Origin: an uncultured archaeon
GTDB taxonomy: Archaea > Iainarchaeota > Iainarchaeia > Iainarchaeales > JAAZKV01
Direction: 5' to 3'
DNA: 32,000 nt
NCBI GenBank assembly: GCA_964551375.1
Contig: CAZKBG010000001.1
Location: 60,001 to 92,000 of the forward strand
Part shown: positions 17,374 to 25,713 of the stretch, one piece after another
Position numbering within the stretch: the first letter of the stretch is position 1
Layout of the letters: each line of letters starts with the position of its first letter
Translations under genes and position numbers: made by a program
The notes under the pieces: model-generated
What the model was told of the DNA's origin: nothing
Databases searched by the model: none
Seen by the model: the letters and a program-made list of their open reading frames with translations, nothing else

Positions 17374-18390
17374 ATGGCTGATGAGCAAAACCCAGTGCGT
17401 GTTTCAAAAAATGAAAAGTACCGCGGAAAAGTTGTTCAGTTTAGAAACAAAAAAGCTCACCGCGAAGTAATGTCCACTCATTATTCCCTTGATGAGTTAT
17501 TCGGATTTTATAACGCAATGTTTCACACTTATCGAGATATTTATGCGCAGCGCTCCGATGCAATAGTATCTCCTTTGCGCGGTTCGGAGCCTTTAGTGAA
17601 ATCAGTAAAACTTGTTGCAGGGCTTGAAGGGCATTCAAGCGCGCTCCCAAAAGTGTATTATCCAAAAGTGGGGCAGGTAAATTATGGAAAATACTCTGGC
17701 GGAGTAATTCCTCACATAGGGGGAGATTATGCGGTAACCCACAATCAGGTGGAAACAGAGCAAAAGAAAGAAATGAACAGAATTGTTGAAGGGGTATTTA
17801 GAGACGCTCATTATCCAAAGCATCCTAAAAAAAGAATTCTAATCACAGTGCTTGATGAAGTATACAGCGGGGGTTCAATTTCAAAAAATGTCCAGCTGCT
17901 AGAGGAAGCTCTTCAGGAAGTAACCACAAAGAGATTAAAAAAAGGGGGAAAAGTTCCTACTGTTTATATTAGAGTAATTGCAATTGCAAACAAAAATTCT
18001 TACCGCTGCAAAGAGTACCGCTCGCTTCTTTCAAGAGGGATAGTAAAAGAATTTGTTGTTCCAAAACTTTTTACCACTGATTCCCCGCATTTTTTGTATC
18101 CTTTGGTAAAAGAAAGGGCATCGGGAAAATTCCAGTGGCTTAGAAGAGAAAAACCAGTTAAATTAGCTCTTACAAGAAAATCAATTGACGGGCGCTCAAC
18201 TTTGTTTGAAGATTTAGCGTCAATTCACCAGTTAAGAAAACACTGGGGTGTAAAAGACGCGCAGGGATTTAAGCACATGGCAATGCACACTCAAAGAGAG
18301 GTTGCTCTTTTAATGCTTCCAAGACTTCAAAAACGTGCTTATGCGGGCTTTGCAAGAGATATTGGAAGAATTTCAAGATTCAAAAGATAA
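17374..18390 (+). CDS. Phosphoribosyltransferase-like fold protein
   Basis: KKRILITVLDEVYSGGSISKNVQLLEEAL resembles the PRPP-binding loop (hydrophobic stretch-D(D/E)xxxTGGT); DAIVSPLRGSEPL resembles an upstream substrate loop. Confidence 0.55.
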   Translation: MADEQNPVRVSKNEKYRGKVVQFRNKKAHREVMSTHYSLDELFGFYNAMFHTYRDIYAQRSDAIVSPLRGSEPLVKSVKLVAGLEGHSSALPKVYYPKVGQVNYGKYSGGVIPHIGGDYAVTHNQVETEQKKEMNRIVEGVFRDAHYPKHPKKRILITVLDEVYSGGSISKNVQLLEEALQEVTTKRLKKGGKVPTVYIRVIAIANKNSYRCKEYRSLLSRGIVKEFVVPKLFTTDSPHFLYPLVKERASGKFQWLRREKPVKLALTRKSIDGRSTLFEDLASIHQLRKHWGVKDAQGFKHMAMHTQREVALLMLPRLQKRAYAGFARDIGRISRFKR

Positions 18391-18492
18391 AATTTGAATA
18401 CTAATGTTTTGGCTGGTCGCCCTGCAATTTTATATACTTCCTCAACACTAAAAGTTAAAGGGAAAACTCTTTTTCCTTTTTTGGTGGTTTAG

Positions 18493-18972
18493 TTGGCAGA
18501 AATAATCCCTGAAGCAGAATTAATTAGGCGAGAATTTATAGTGAGGCAGATTGACCTCCCAGCTTCAGTAACTTTAACAAAAAAATCGCTTCTAAGATGG
18601 TGCTGTCTCTCGCTTGGCTTAATTTCCCCAAAAGAAACCCGCGACAAGGGATTTTTAGTATTTGACGCGCTCTTTACATTTATCTTTACAAAAAAACAAT
18701 CTCCCACCACAATTGAAATAATGGATTTTATTAAAGAAAAAAACTCCGTTGAAATGAGCGAAAAATTAATCCGCTACCACTTAAACCGCTTAATTGAACT
18801 TGGGGTGATTAAAAGAGACGGACTTACATATTTAATAAATCCTTCTCCTACTTCAGAATCCCGAACTTCAATAAAAGAATCCTACAAATCTTGGGCGAAA
18901 AAACAGCTTGAGGAAGAAATGGACAAAATCAGCGAAGCGCTTGACAAACTACAAAAAAGCTATGAAAAATAG
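18493..18972 (+). CDS. Winged-helix-like regulator with C-terminal coiled coil
   Basis: TTIEIMDFIKEKNSVEMSEKLIRYHLNRLIELGVIKRDGLTYLINP is helix-turn-helix/wing-like; C-term KKQLEEEMDKISEALDKLQKSYEK. TTG start. Confidence 0.65.
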   Translation: MAEIIPEAELIRREFIVRQIDLPASVTLTKKSLLRWCCLSLGLISPKETRDKGFLVFDALFTFIFTKKQSPTTIEIMDFIKEKNSVEMSEKLIRYHLNRLIELGVIKRDGLTYLINPSPTSESRTSIKESYKSWAKKQLEEEMDKISEALDKLQKSYEK

Positions 18973-19114
18973 GATTTGTTTTAACCTTCGCAGGTTTTTT
19001 GCCTGCAATTTTTTAGCGTTTTAGTTTAAGGTTTTTCTTTCTAATTACCTTTTTATAGTAAAAGATTGTATTATTCTTGGAAAAATTGGTGTTGTTTTGC
19101 CTCCTCTAAAAAAA

Positions 19115-21535
19115 ATGAGTTATGAAGCCAGCCCCGGCGAACTCTATAAAGGAATAACCTCAACAGGCGAAGTTTTTGAAGGCGAAACAAAGCTTGTGAT
19201 GGAAAAAGACCCTGAATTTGTTATTCTTTGCAAAAAAATGTATAAAACTTTTCCCGGATTTGGAGCGGGAGCAAAATTTCCTGAAGAACATTTAGAAGCA
19301 GTGCGATTTCTTGGGTGGCGCTTATCTCCTCAAGAATTTATGGCGGCAGTAAAAGGAACCGCAGTAATAGGAGGAGTGGGCGGATTTATTGCACTCATTG
19401 TTTTAGCATTTGTAGGACTAAGCATTGATTTAGGAATTGGCTCCCCAATAGGACTTGGATTGTTCAGTGAAATGCTCGGCGATTTTGCAATGGTAATAAT
19501 TCTCGCAGGAGGAGTAGTCCTTTTTGGAATTGTGGGCGCAATTGCATACACAATTTATGTAACTCCAATAAACATGGCTGAGGATGAAAGAACAAGAGCG
19601 CTTACGTATGTTCCCGAAATGATTGGATATTTAATAATGTCAATGAAACTTGTTCCAAATTTAGAAAAAGCAATTGAATTCTCCGCAAAGCACGGAAAAG
19701 GAAAAGTTGCGGACGATTTTAACAAAGTTATTTGGGATTTTCAGAACGGATTTTACTCCTCAATCAGCGAAGGGCTTGACGCAATGGCTTTTAGATGGGC
19801 AAAGTACTCCGTTGAACTAAAAGAAGCTTTAATGAAAATAAGGGCAAGTGTAATGGAGCCAAGCGAATCAAAAAGATATTCTCTTTTAGACAAAACAATG
19901 CTTGATGTTCTTGACAGTGTTAAGGATAAAATGGGGGATTATGCAAGAAGCTTAAACCAGCCATCAGTAATGCTGTTCTATATTGGAGTCTTGCTCCCTT
20001 TATTACTTGTAATAATTCTTCCAGTGGGCTCAGCATTTTCAAACATGCCATTTGCAACAACCCCAATTCTTGTTGGAATTTACTGTTTCATGATTCCTTT
20101 CATGGCATTTAGCTTTGCAAAAGGAGTGATTAAGAAAAGGCCTCCTACTTACGAGCCTCCAGTTATTACCGATAATTTTGCAGGACTTCCGCCAAAATGG
20201 TCAATGAAACTTGGCGGGGGAATGATTGACGCGCGTCTTGCAGTAATAGGAATATTAATTTTAGGAATAGCAGGCTCTTTTATTATTTCATTTGAAGGAA
20301 TTCCTCCAAAGCATTTATTTCCAATAGAAGATGGAATATTCCAAGTTCCAATCCAAATAATTCCAGCAGATCCACAGCCAGATGAACTTTACAAAGATTT
20401 TTTAGGCGGAAAGAATTATTTTGAAAAAGTTGTGCTTGATTTGTACGCATTTCAAATAGGCGAAGGATTTGGCGGAGGATTAAAAGAAGGGGAAAGATAC
20501 AAACAGTTGATTAAAGAACAAGTATCTCCAGTAGCAGCAGAAATTCAAGTAGTAAAAGAACGTCTTGATTTTACTTCAAAATCAGCAAGAAACGATCCAA
20601 CAAAATATGTGTTCTGGGCAGGGCTTATTTTAACAATCGCATGCGCTGGAAGCTTCCTTTTGTATCATAGAAATATTTACAAACTCAAAGCGCAGGAGCA
20701 AATTGTTCAAATGGAAGATGAATTCAAAGAATCAATGTACATGATTGCTTCAAGAATGGGGGAGAACAAGCCAGTTGAAAGCGCATTAAAGCAGGCAAAA
20801 GAATATTTGCCAAACCTCTTAGTCAGCAAAAGAATTTTTGGAAAAACCGTTGAAAATATTGAGCTTATGGGACTCCCTCTTGAGAACGCAGTGTTTGACC
20901 CGGTGTATGGAGCAATGCGCGGAATTCCCTCAAAAATTTTAACCACCGCAATGCGACTGCTTGTTGATTCAGTAACTCTTGGAGTGGAAGTTGCGTCAAG
21001 AACCCTAATGTCACTCTCGCTTCAAATGGAAAACATGGACAAGGTAAACAAATCCCTAAAAGACATGGTTTCGGATGTAACAACCACTATGTCCACTATG
21101 GCGATTTTTATTGCGCCAATGGTTCTTGGGATAACTACCGCGCTTCAAAAAGTTGTGCTAAATACACTTGGTAGTGTAGTATCCTCTCCGTCTCTTGAAG
21201 CAACAGGAAGCGTTGGAGACATTAGCGGGGGAGCAGGAAGCCAAATCCTTCAATCCACTGGCCTTGGCGGAGGAATGGGGGATATTAACAGTATTTTCAG
21301 CGTGAGTATAGATGCTTTCCGCTCATTTGCAACTCCTCTTGAATACATGCTGATAATTGGAACATACGTTGCAATGATAGTAATAATTCTAACTTATTTC
21401 ACTGTGAAAATAAAAGAAGACAATGACTTGATATTTAGAGTAACTCTTGCAAAACAACTTCCAATCGCAATGGCGGTTTACTTATTCACAACCGTTGCTG
21501 CAAATTTAATGGTTGGAGGATTGATGTCAAGGTAA
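19115..21535 (+). CDS. TadC/FlaJ-like type II/IV secretion platform protein with two T2SSF-like halves
   Basis: TYVPEMIGYLIMSMKLVPNLEKAIEFSAKHG and FKESMYMIASRMGENKPVESALKQAKEYL are the two T2SSF-like starts, each followed by hydrophobic helices (FYIGVLLPLLLVIILPVG; FIAPMVLGITTALQKVV). ATG 19115 preferred over TTG 19097. Confidence 0.85.
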   Translation: MSYEASPGELYKGITSTGEVFEGETKLVMEKDPEFVILCKKMYKTFPGFGAGAKFPEEHLEAVRFLGWRLSPQEFMAAVKGTAVIGGVGGFIALIVLAFVGLSIDLGIGSPIGLGLFSEMLGDFAMVIILAGGVVLFGIVGAIAYTIYVTPINMAEDERTRALTYVPEMIGYLIMSMKLVPNLEKAIEFSAKHGKGKVADDFNKVIWDFQNGFYSSISEGLDAMAFRWAKYSVELKEALMKIRASVMEPSESKRYSLLDKTMLDVLDSVKDKMGDYARSLNQPSVMLFYIGVLLPLLLVIILPVGSAFSNMPFATTPILVGIYCFMIPFMAFSFAKGVIKKRPPTYEPPVITDNFAGLPPKWSMKLGGGMIDARLAVIGILILGIAGSFIISFEGIPPKHLFPIEDGIFQVPIQIIPADPQPDELYKDFLGGKNYFEKVVLDLYAFQIGEGFGGGLKEGERYKQLIKEQVSPVAAEIQVVKERLDFTSKSARNDPTKYVFWAGLILTIACAGSFLLYHRNIYKLKAQEQIVQMEDEFKESMYMIASRMGENKPVESALKQAKEYLPNLLVSKRIFGKTVENIELMGLPLENAVFDPVYGAMRGIPSKILTTAMRLLVDSVTLGVEVASRTLMSLSLQMENMDKVNKSLKDMVSDVTTTMSTMAIFIAPMVLGITTALQKVVLNTLGSVVSSPSLEATGSVGDISGGAGSQILQSTGLGGGMGDINSIFSVSIDAFRSFATPLEYMLIIGTYVAMIVIILTYFTVKIKEDNDLIFRVTLAKQLPIAMAVYLFTTVAANLMVGGLMSR

Positions 21536-21609
21536 AGCAGATTACTGCTTGAATGCCTTGGCACTTAACTAATTAAAATTAAATGAAGTTTTGATTTTGA
21601 GGGGATGAA

Positions 21610-22092
21610 TTGGATAACAAAGGACAGGCAGAAGCAGTATTCCGCCTTATGATTGACTCAATAATTGGGCTTGCAATTTTAATGATAATAATAGCATCAA
21701 TAGGCTACTTTGATGAACTAAGATTTATCCAGTCAACTTCTGATTTTAAACAGCTTGTAAAAGATGCAGTAAATTCTCCTGATGGGACTCTTCTCTCCGC
21801 AAAAGAATTAACATTTAAAGACGGCGCAGGATTTGCAGCGGATGACTTTGAAGGATACACAGTAGTAAACAGAAAATGCTTCTCCTTTTTCTCTTCCTTT
21901 GCTTCAGTTGAAGTATCAGATGATGCCCAAGCAGTGCTCTTCAAACAAAGGCTCATTGCTTCGGTAAGCGCAAGGTGCATTCCAAATGCAGCAGCATCTT
22001 CATGCATATCAAGCGTTGATGCTGAAATAACTTCAGACAGCGACTGCTGCTTTAAGTGCGAAATATACTTTGGCAGAGTTCCTCAAAATTAA
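21610..22092 (+). CDS. Pilin-like protein with KGQ signal variant
   Basis: MDNKGQAEAVFRLMIDSIIGLAILMIIIASIG; TTG start preceded by GAGGGGATGA ribosome-binding-like sequence. Confidence 0.75.
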   Translation: MDNKGQAEAVFRLMIDSIIGLAILMIIIASIGYFDELRFIQSTSDFKQLVKDAVNSPDGTLLSAKELTFKDGAGFAADDFEGYTVVNRKCFSFFSSFASVEVSDDAQAVLFKQRLIASVSARCIPNAAASSCISSVDAEITSDSDCCFKCEIYFGRVPQN

Positions 22093-22136
22093 TCTTAATT
22101 GGATTAAAACCCTTAATTGCCCGCCAAAAAAGGCAA

Positions 22137-22146
22137 GTTTAAATAC
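22137..22146 (+). promoter_or_regulatory. TATA-like box (AGTTTAAATA region) upstream of the second pilin-like gene
   Basis: AT-rich TTTAAATA about 45-50 nt upstream of ATG 22191, with GGGGG just before the start, suggesting a short leader. Confidence 0.4.
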
Positions 22147-22190
22147 TTCAAAGTTCTTTTTCCTAAAGTGAATTCCTAAGGGGGATTATA

Positions 22191-22727
22191 ATGTTTAAGT
22201 TGAACCAGAAAGGACAGCAGTTCAGTGTTTTTGAGCTGATGATTGCGGGTATTGTAGCTTTTGCAATCTTGATGCTTTTACTCACAATAATAATGAAAGT
22301 TGATATCGGTGGACAGGGCGGAAATCCAAAATCAGTAATTGAAAACGGAATTTCAAGCGCATTGCCATCATCAACAATAACAACAAATAATTTTACAATG
22401 AAAGCCGGAGATGAAGTGACTTCGGAGGATTTGATAAACAAAACAGGGCTTGATGCTTCAAGAATATACTTTGTCGCAGGTCAAATGAAGCTTGATACAG
22501 ATGTAACAATAGTAGAACTCGACGACGGCGGAGCATCTTTAACAAACAAACGCTCAGGCGATTTAAGAGTTAGAGCAAAAGTAATTTGCAAAGCAAATGG
22601 ACTTTCAGTTGCAGGCGCTCTTGAGAGACTAGGAGACAAATATGATGTTTCTTCATTTTCTGATAGCATGTGCGAAGAAGACAATCAGTCATGCTGTGTA
22701 GTAGTGCTTGAAAAACCAGGCAACTAA
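22191..22727 (+). CDS. Pilin-like protein with KGQ signal variant
   Basis: MFKLNQKGQQFSVFELMIAGIVAFAILMLLLTIIM followed by a Cys-containing ectodomain. Confidence 0.78.
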   Translation: MFKLNQKGQQFSVFELMIAGIVAFAILMLLLTIIMKVDIGGQGGNPKSVIENGISSALPSSTITTNNFTMKAGDEVTSEDLINKTGLDASRIYFVAGQMKLDTDVTIVELDDGGASLTNKRSGDLRVRAKVICKANGLSVAGALERLGDKYDVSSFSDSMCEEDNQSCCVVVLEKPGN

Positions 22728-22794
22728 AGAGTTTTTTTGAATAGAAAAGAAGTATTATATACTTCTTTTCACTATTTCTTTTTGAGAGATTAAA

Positions 22795-22950
22795 ATGTCT
22801 AAGTCAAGCATACTTAAAGAAGAAGCTGCAGCAGGGGATTTTGGCGCGGTTTATATGATATTAGTTTTCGCAATAGTAGCGCTGTTATTGGTTCTAATAG
22901 TAAAGCCGATGTTTCAAAGCGCGCAAAAATCAATCCCAAAAGCGCAATAA
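22795..22950 (+). CDS. 51-aa single-pass membrane protein, not in ORF track
   Basis: Direct translation: MSKSSILKEEAAAGDFGAVYMILVFAIVALLLVLIVKPMFQSAQKSIPKAQ*; sits between two pilin-like genes on the same strand. Confidence 0.7.
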   Translation: MSKSSILKEEAAAGDFGAVYMILVFAIVALLLVLIVKPMFQSAQKSIPKAQ

Positions 22951-23020
22951 TTTTTAATTTTCTAAATTAGTTTTTGTATTTTAGTGGTTTGTTTTAGTAG
23001 TTTAGAGTTTTGGTGTTGTA

Positions 23021-23605
23021 ATGAAGTTTATCCGCAAAAATAAAGGGCAGGTTTCTGCTCCGTTTGAGCTTTTAGTTGCGGTAGTAATAATGGCTTTTGT
23101 AGTAATTGTAGGCTGGAAAGTATTAACCGACGCAAAACTCCAATCCTGCCTTAACACAGTGGATAAATCAATGACTGATTTTAAAATAAATCTTGAAGAC
23201 ACTGCGAATAGAAGAAGCGAGAATTTTTTTAATTTCAGCCCTGACAGGACCTGTTTTTATTCAAAAGATTCCGCAATGAAGATTTATCTTGAAAAGAGTT
23301 CAAGCGTCTGTGCGGCGATATGCAAGCGCCCCGTGCAGGAGTGCTATGTGCTAAAATTTGCAAACCAATCAATTCCAAACGCAGCTAAAAATAAATGCCT
23401 TGAGCTTCCGACTTATACAAGCTTCACCGCGTCAGGCGATTTGTGTACTAATATTGACCAAACTCTTTATCGTGGTTATGAGCCTGTGAATCCGCTTGGG
23501 GATGACGGGGATAATTTAGGAATCGGACAGTATGTTTTCAAGTATGTTGCGCTTCAGGGACAGGCATTCCCGCAGATTTGCATTTGGTTTAGGCCAAGCG
23601 GCTGA
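23021..23605 (+). CDS. Cysteine-rich pilin-like protein, paralog A
   Basis: KNKGQVSAPFELLVAVVIMAFVVIVGWKVL signal/helix; ectodomain with FNFSPDRTCFYSKDSAMKI and eight cysteines. Confidence 0.8.
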   Translation: MKFIRKNKGQVSAPFELLVAVVIMAFVVIVGWKVLTDAKLQSCLNTVDKSMTDFKINLEDTANRRSENFFNFSPDRTCFYSKDSAMKIYLEKSSSVCAAICKRPVQECYVLKFANQSIPNAAKNKCLELPTYTSFTASGDLCTNIDQTLYRGYEPVNPLGDDGDNLGIGQYVFKYVALQGQAFPQICIWFRPSG

Positions 23606-23619
23606 TGAAGTGATAAAAT

Positions 23620-24162
23620 ATGCTTGAAAAAATAATCCTTGCAGTGATTCTAATTGTTGCCGTGATTGGAGTAGTATACTACGGTCAGGACATTACCCCC
23701 GCTCTTGGGGCAGGGTGCAGCAATAATTCAAAGTTAAGCATTGAATCCTCAATTAAGGAATTTCGAATGGGGATCGAAACGGCAATGAAAGGCTCTGATT
23801 ATGAATTTACATTTGCTCCTGATAGGGACTGCTTTGAATCAAAAGACTCTTCATTTAAGATTGAGTACATTACAAACATGTCGCTTTGCGGAGCGCTGTG
23901 CGATAATCCAGAAGATGAATGCAGAATGCTTGTTTACACAAACCCCACAGGATTTCCTTACAATAAAGTATCAACTTTTTGCATAAATAATTCAAAGTAC
24001 ATGGGGTTTGCTTTTGACAATGCTTCATGCGGAAATATTCCCCAAGGATACGTTCCAATAAATCCAATTAAGGAGGATTTAAATTCAGGGAAATACTTGA
24101 TTAGGAATATGTCGCTTCCGCAGAACTCTCCTCGGATTTGCATATTGTATAAAGCAAGCTAA
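23620..24162 (+). CDS. Cysteine-rich pilin-like protein, paralog B
   Basis: N-terminal helix MLEKIILAVILIVAVIGVVYYG; FTFAPDRDCFESKDSSFKI and the same eight-cysteine order as 23021-23605. Confidence 0.8.
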   Translation: MLEKIILAVILIVAVIGVVYYGQDITPALGAGCSNNSKLSIESSIKEFRMGIETAMKGSDYEFTFAPDRDCFESKDSSFKIEYITNMSLCGALCDNPEDECRMLVYTNPTGFPYNKVSTFCINNSKYMGFAFDNASCGNIPQGYVPINPIKEDLNSGKYLIRNMSLPQNSPRICILYKAS

Positions 24163-24263
24163 CTTAGCAAGTTGAAGTTTGGCGGGTTAAGTTAAGTAAG
24201 TGGGTTTAAGTTAAGAAAGTTAAACAGGATGAAGTTAAAGGTTATTTTCAAAAAGGTGTTAAG

Positions 24264-25085
24264 TTGTTAGGATTTGTTTTAGGAAAAATGCAGATGCTGT
24301 TTTTTGCAGTAGGGGTTGCAGTTGTCGCGCTTTTATTTTACAACTTTATAGTAACTCTTGGGCTTCATCAAGATGCAAATAATATGCTTCTTACTAATGC
24401 CAGAATTGTTTCAGACCAATTGAACAGCGATTTAACCTGCTCGTTCAAAACAACTTCCATTCAGGACAGATTTTACTATGGGATTGGCGGAATTCCGCTT
24501 TATTATGATTTAGAAATGACAAAGCAGAGCTTTGGGGATGCGTCGCTAGGAAACCAGCAAAACCAGCTGATTATGAGAATTGTTGAGCATAAATCCTCCA
24601 CCCGCCAGAATCAGACAAAAAATGTTCTTGCCACAAAAGCAATTCTAACAGATGCGCAAATAGTTCTAATCGACCCGGGATTTTTGAAAGAATTAGCGGG
24701 AATCAGCGATGTCCACTATAATAAAGATATTATTGCGCTTTATCCAAGAGCCGGCTCTTCAAGCGAACTTCAAGCATCTTCTCCTGATTCTTTTGTTGCG
24801 CTAAAAGAAATTGAGAACGGAAAAACAACCATTTACATAATCCCTTGCGCGACAGCAAAAGAAAGCCAGTCAAATAACTGTCTGAATAACATTCTAAGAC
24901 TTGGGTGCTATAAACTTTCAAAAGAATACACAGGAAATCTTAATGCAGATAACCCTCTTCTTCCATCCTGCTTTAATGTAACAACACAACTGGGTCCTGA
25001 AATTGAGCGCTCAAAGAACTTCCGCTGGGCTGACTGCTCTAATGTCGGATTTGTTAACGCAAACATTGGAATGTACACTCCCTAA
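24264..25085 (+). CDS. Membrane-anchored secreted-type protein of the pilus cluster
   Basis: N-terminal helix MLFFAVGVAVVALLFYNFIVTLG, long ectodomain with C-terminal cysteines; TTG start after AAAGGTG. Confidence 0.72.
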   Translation: MLGFVLGKMQMLFFAVGVAVVALLFYNFIVTLGLHQDANNMLLTNARIVSDQLNSDLTCSFKTTSIQDRFYYGIGGIPLYYDLEMTKQSFGDASLGNQQNQLIMRIVEHKSSTRQNQTKNVLATKAILTDAQIVLIDPGFLKELAGISDVHYNKDIIALYPRAGSSSELQASSPDSFVALKEIENGKTTIYIIPCATAKESQSNNCLNNILRLGCYKLSKEYTGNLNADNPLLPSCFNVTTQLGPEIERSKNFRWADCSNVGFVNANIGMYTP

Positions 25086-25137
25086 AGCAAATCAAAACTA
25101 TTATTAATAAAGAAGAGTTACTTGTGGTAGTGGGTTT

Positions 25138-25713
25138 ATGTTTAAATCAAAAAAAGGTTTTATTGGCCCGATTGGGGACGACTTGCCTTCACTTGTTCCA
25201 ATAGTTGTATCTCTGCTTTTGTTTTTCACAACTTTCACCCTTGCGCTTAATACTTATAATACAAAAAATGCTTTCATAAACCAGCAGACTGAAATGACTT
25301 CGGTTGCGAGAGAATTAAAGGGAGATTCTCTGATTTTGGGAGTGGATTGGTTTGAAAATAAATGCAAACAGCTCAAAATGAAAAGATATCCAAATAATTT
25401 CATTGCGGCGATTTATGATTCAGATGTTGAAATGAATTTAATAATGGCGGATTTTTTAGGGCTCTCAGCAACAAATCCCACGCTTGACCCTACTGCCGCG
25501 ACTTTATTAAAATCCGTATCCCAGTCAGACGGCTCCCAAAAACCATTTTACTGCGAGTACAAAAAGATTGGCGCGCAGCCATTTTCAGCGAGCTCAAAGA
25601 AGCGCTATCAGGTGAGATTTTATCCGGTTGCAGTTCAATATGGATTTACTGCGGCAGGAACAACTAATCACTTAATTATCCCTGGATTAATGGCGATGGT
25701 GGTTTGGGAATGA
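25138..25713 (+). CDS. Membrane-anchored secreted-type protein of the pilus cluster
   Basis: KKGFIGPIGDDLPSLVPIVVSLLLFFTTFTLALNTYNT helix; overlaps the next gene by ATGA. Confidence 0.75.
   Translation: MFKSKKGFIGPIGDDLPSLVPIVVSLLLFFTTFTLALNTYNTKNAFINQQTEMTSVARELKGDSLILGVDWFENKCKQLKMKRYPNNFIAAIYDSDVEMNLIMADFLGLSATNPTLDPTAATLLKSVSQSDGSQKPFYCEYKKIGAQPFSASSKKRYQVRFYPVAVQYGFTAAGTTNHLIIPGLMAMVVWE

Noticed and set aside
21705-22684. Minus-strand ORFs of 100, 92 and 67 aa across the pilin-like genes
   Set aside because: Antisense to coherent signal/helix-containing frames in a co-directional gene cluster.
23801-24143. ORFs at 23801-23986, 23870-24067 and 23958-24143
   Set aside because: Overlap the cysteine-rich pilin-like paralog B, whose frame is supported by its similarity to paralog A.
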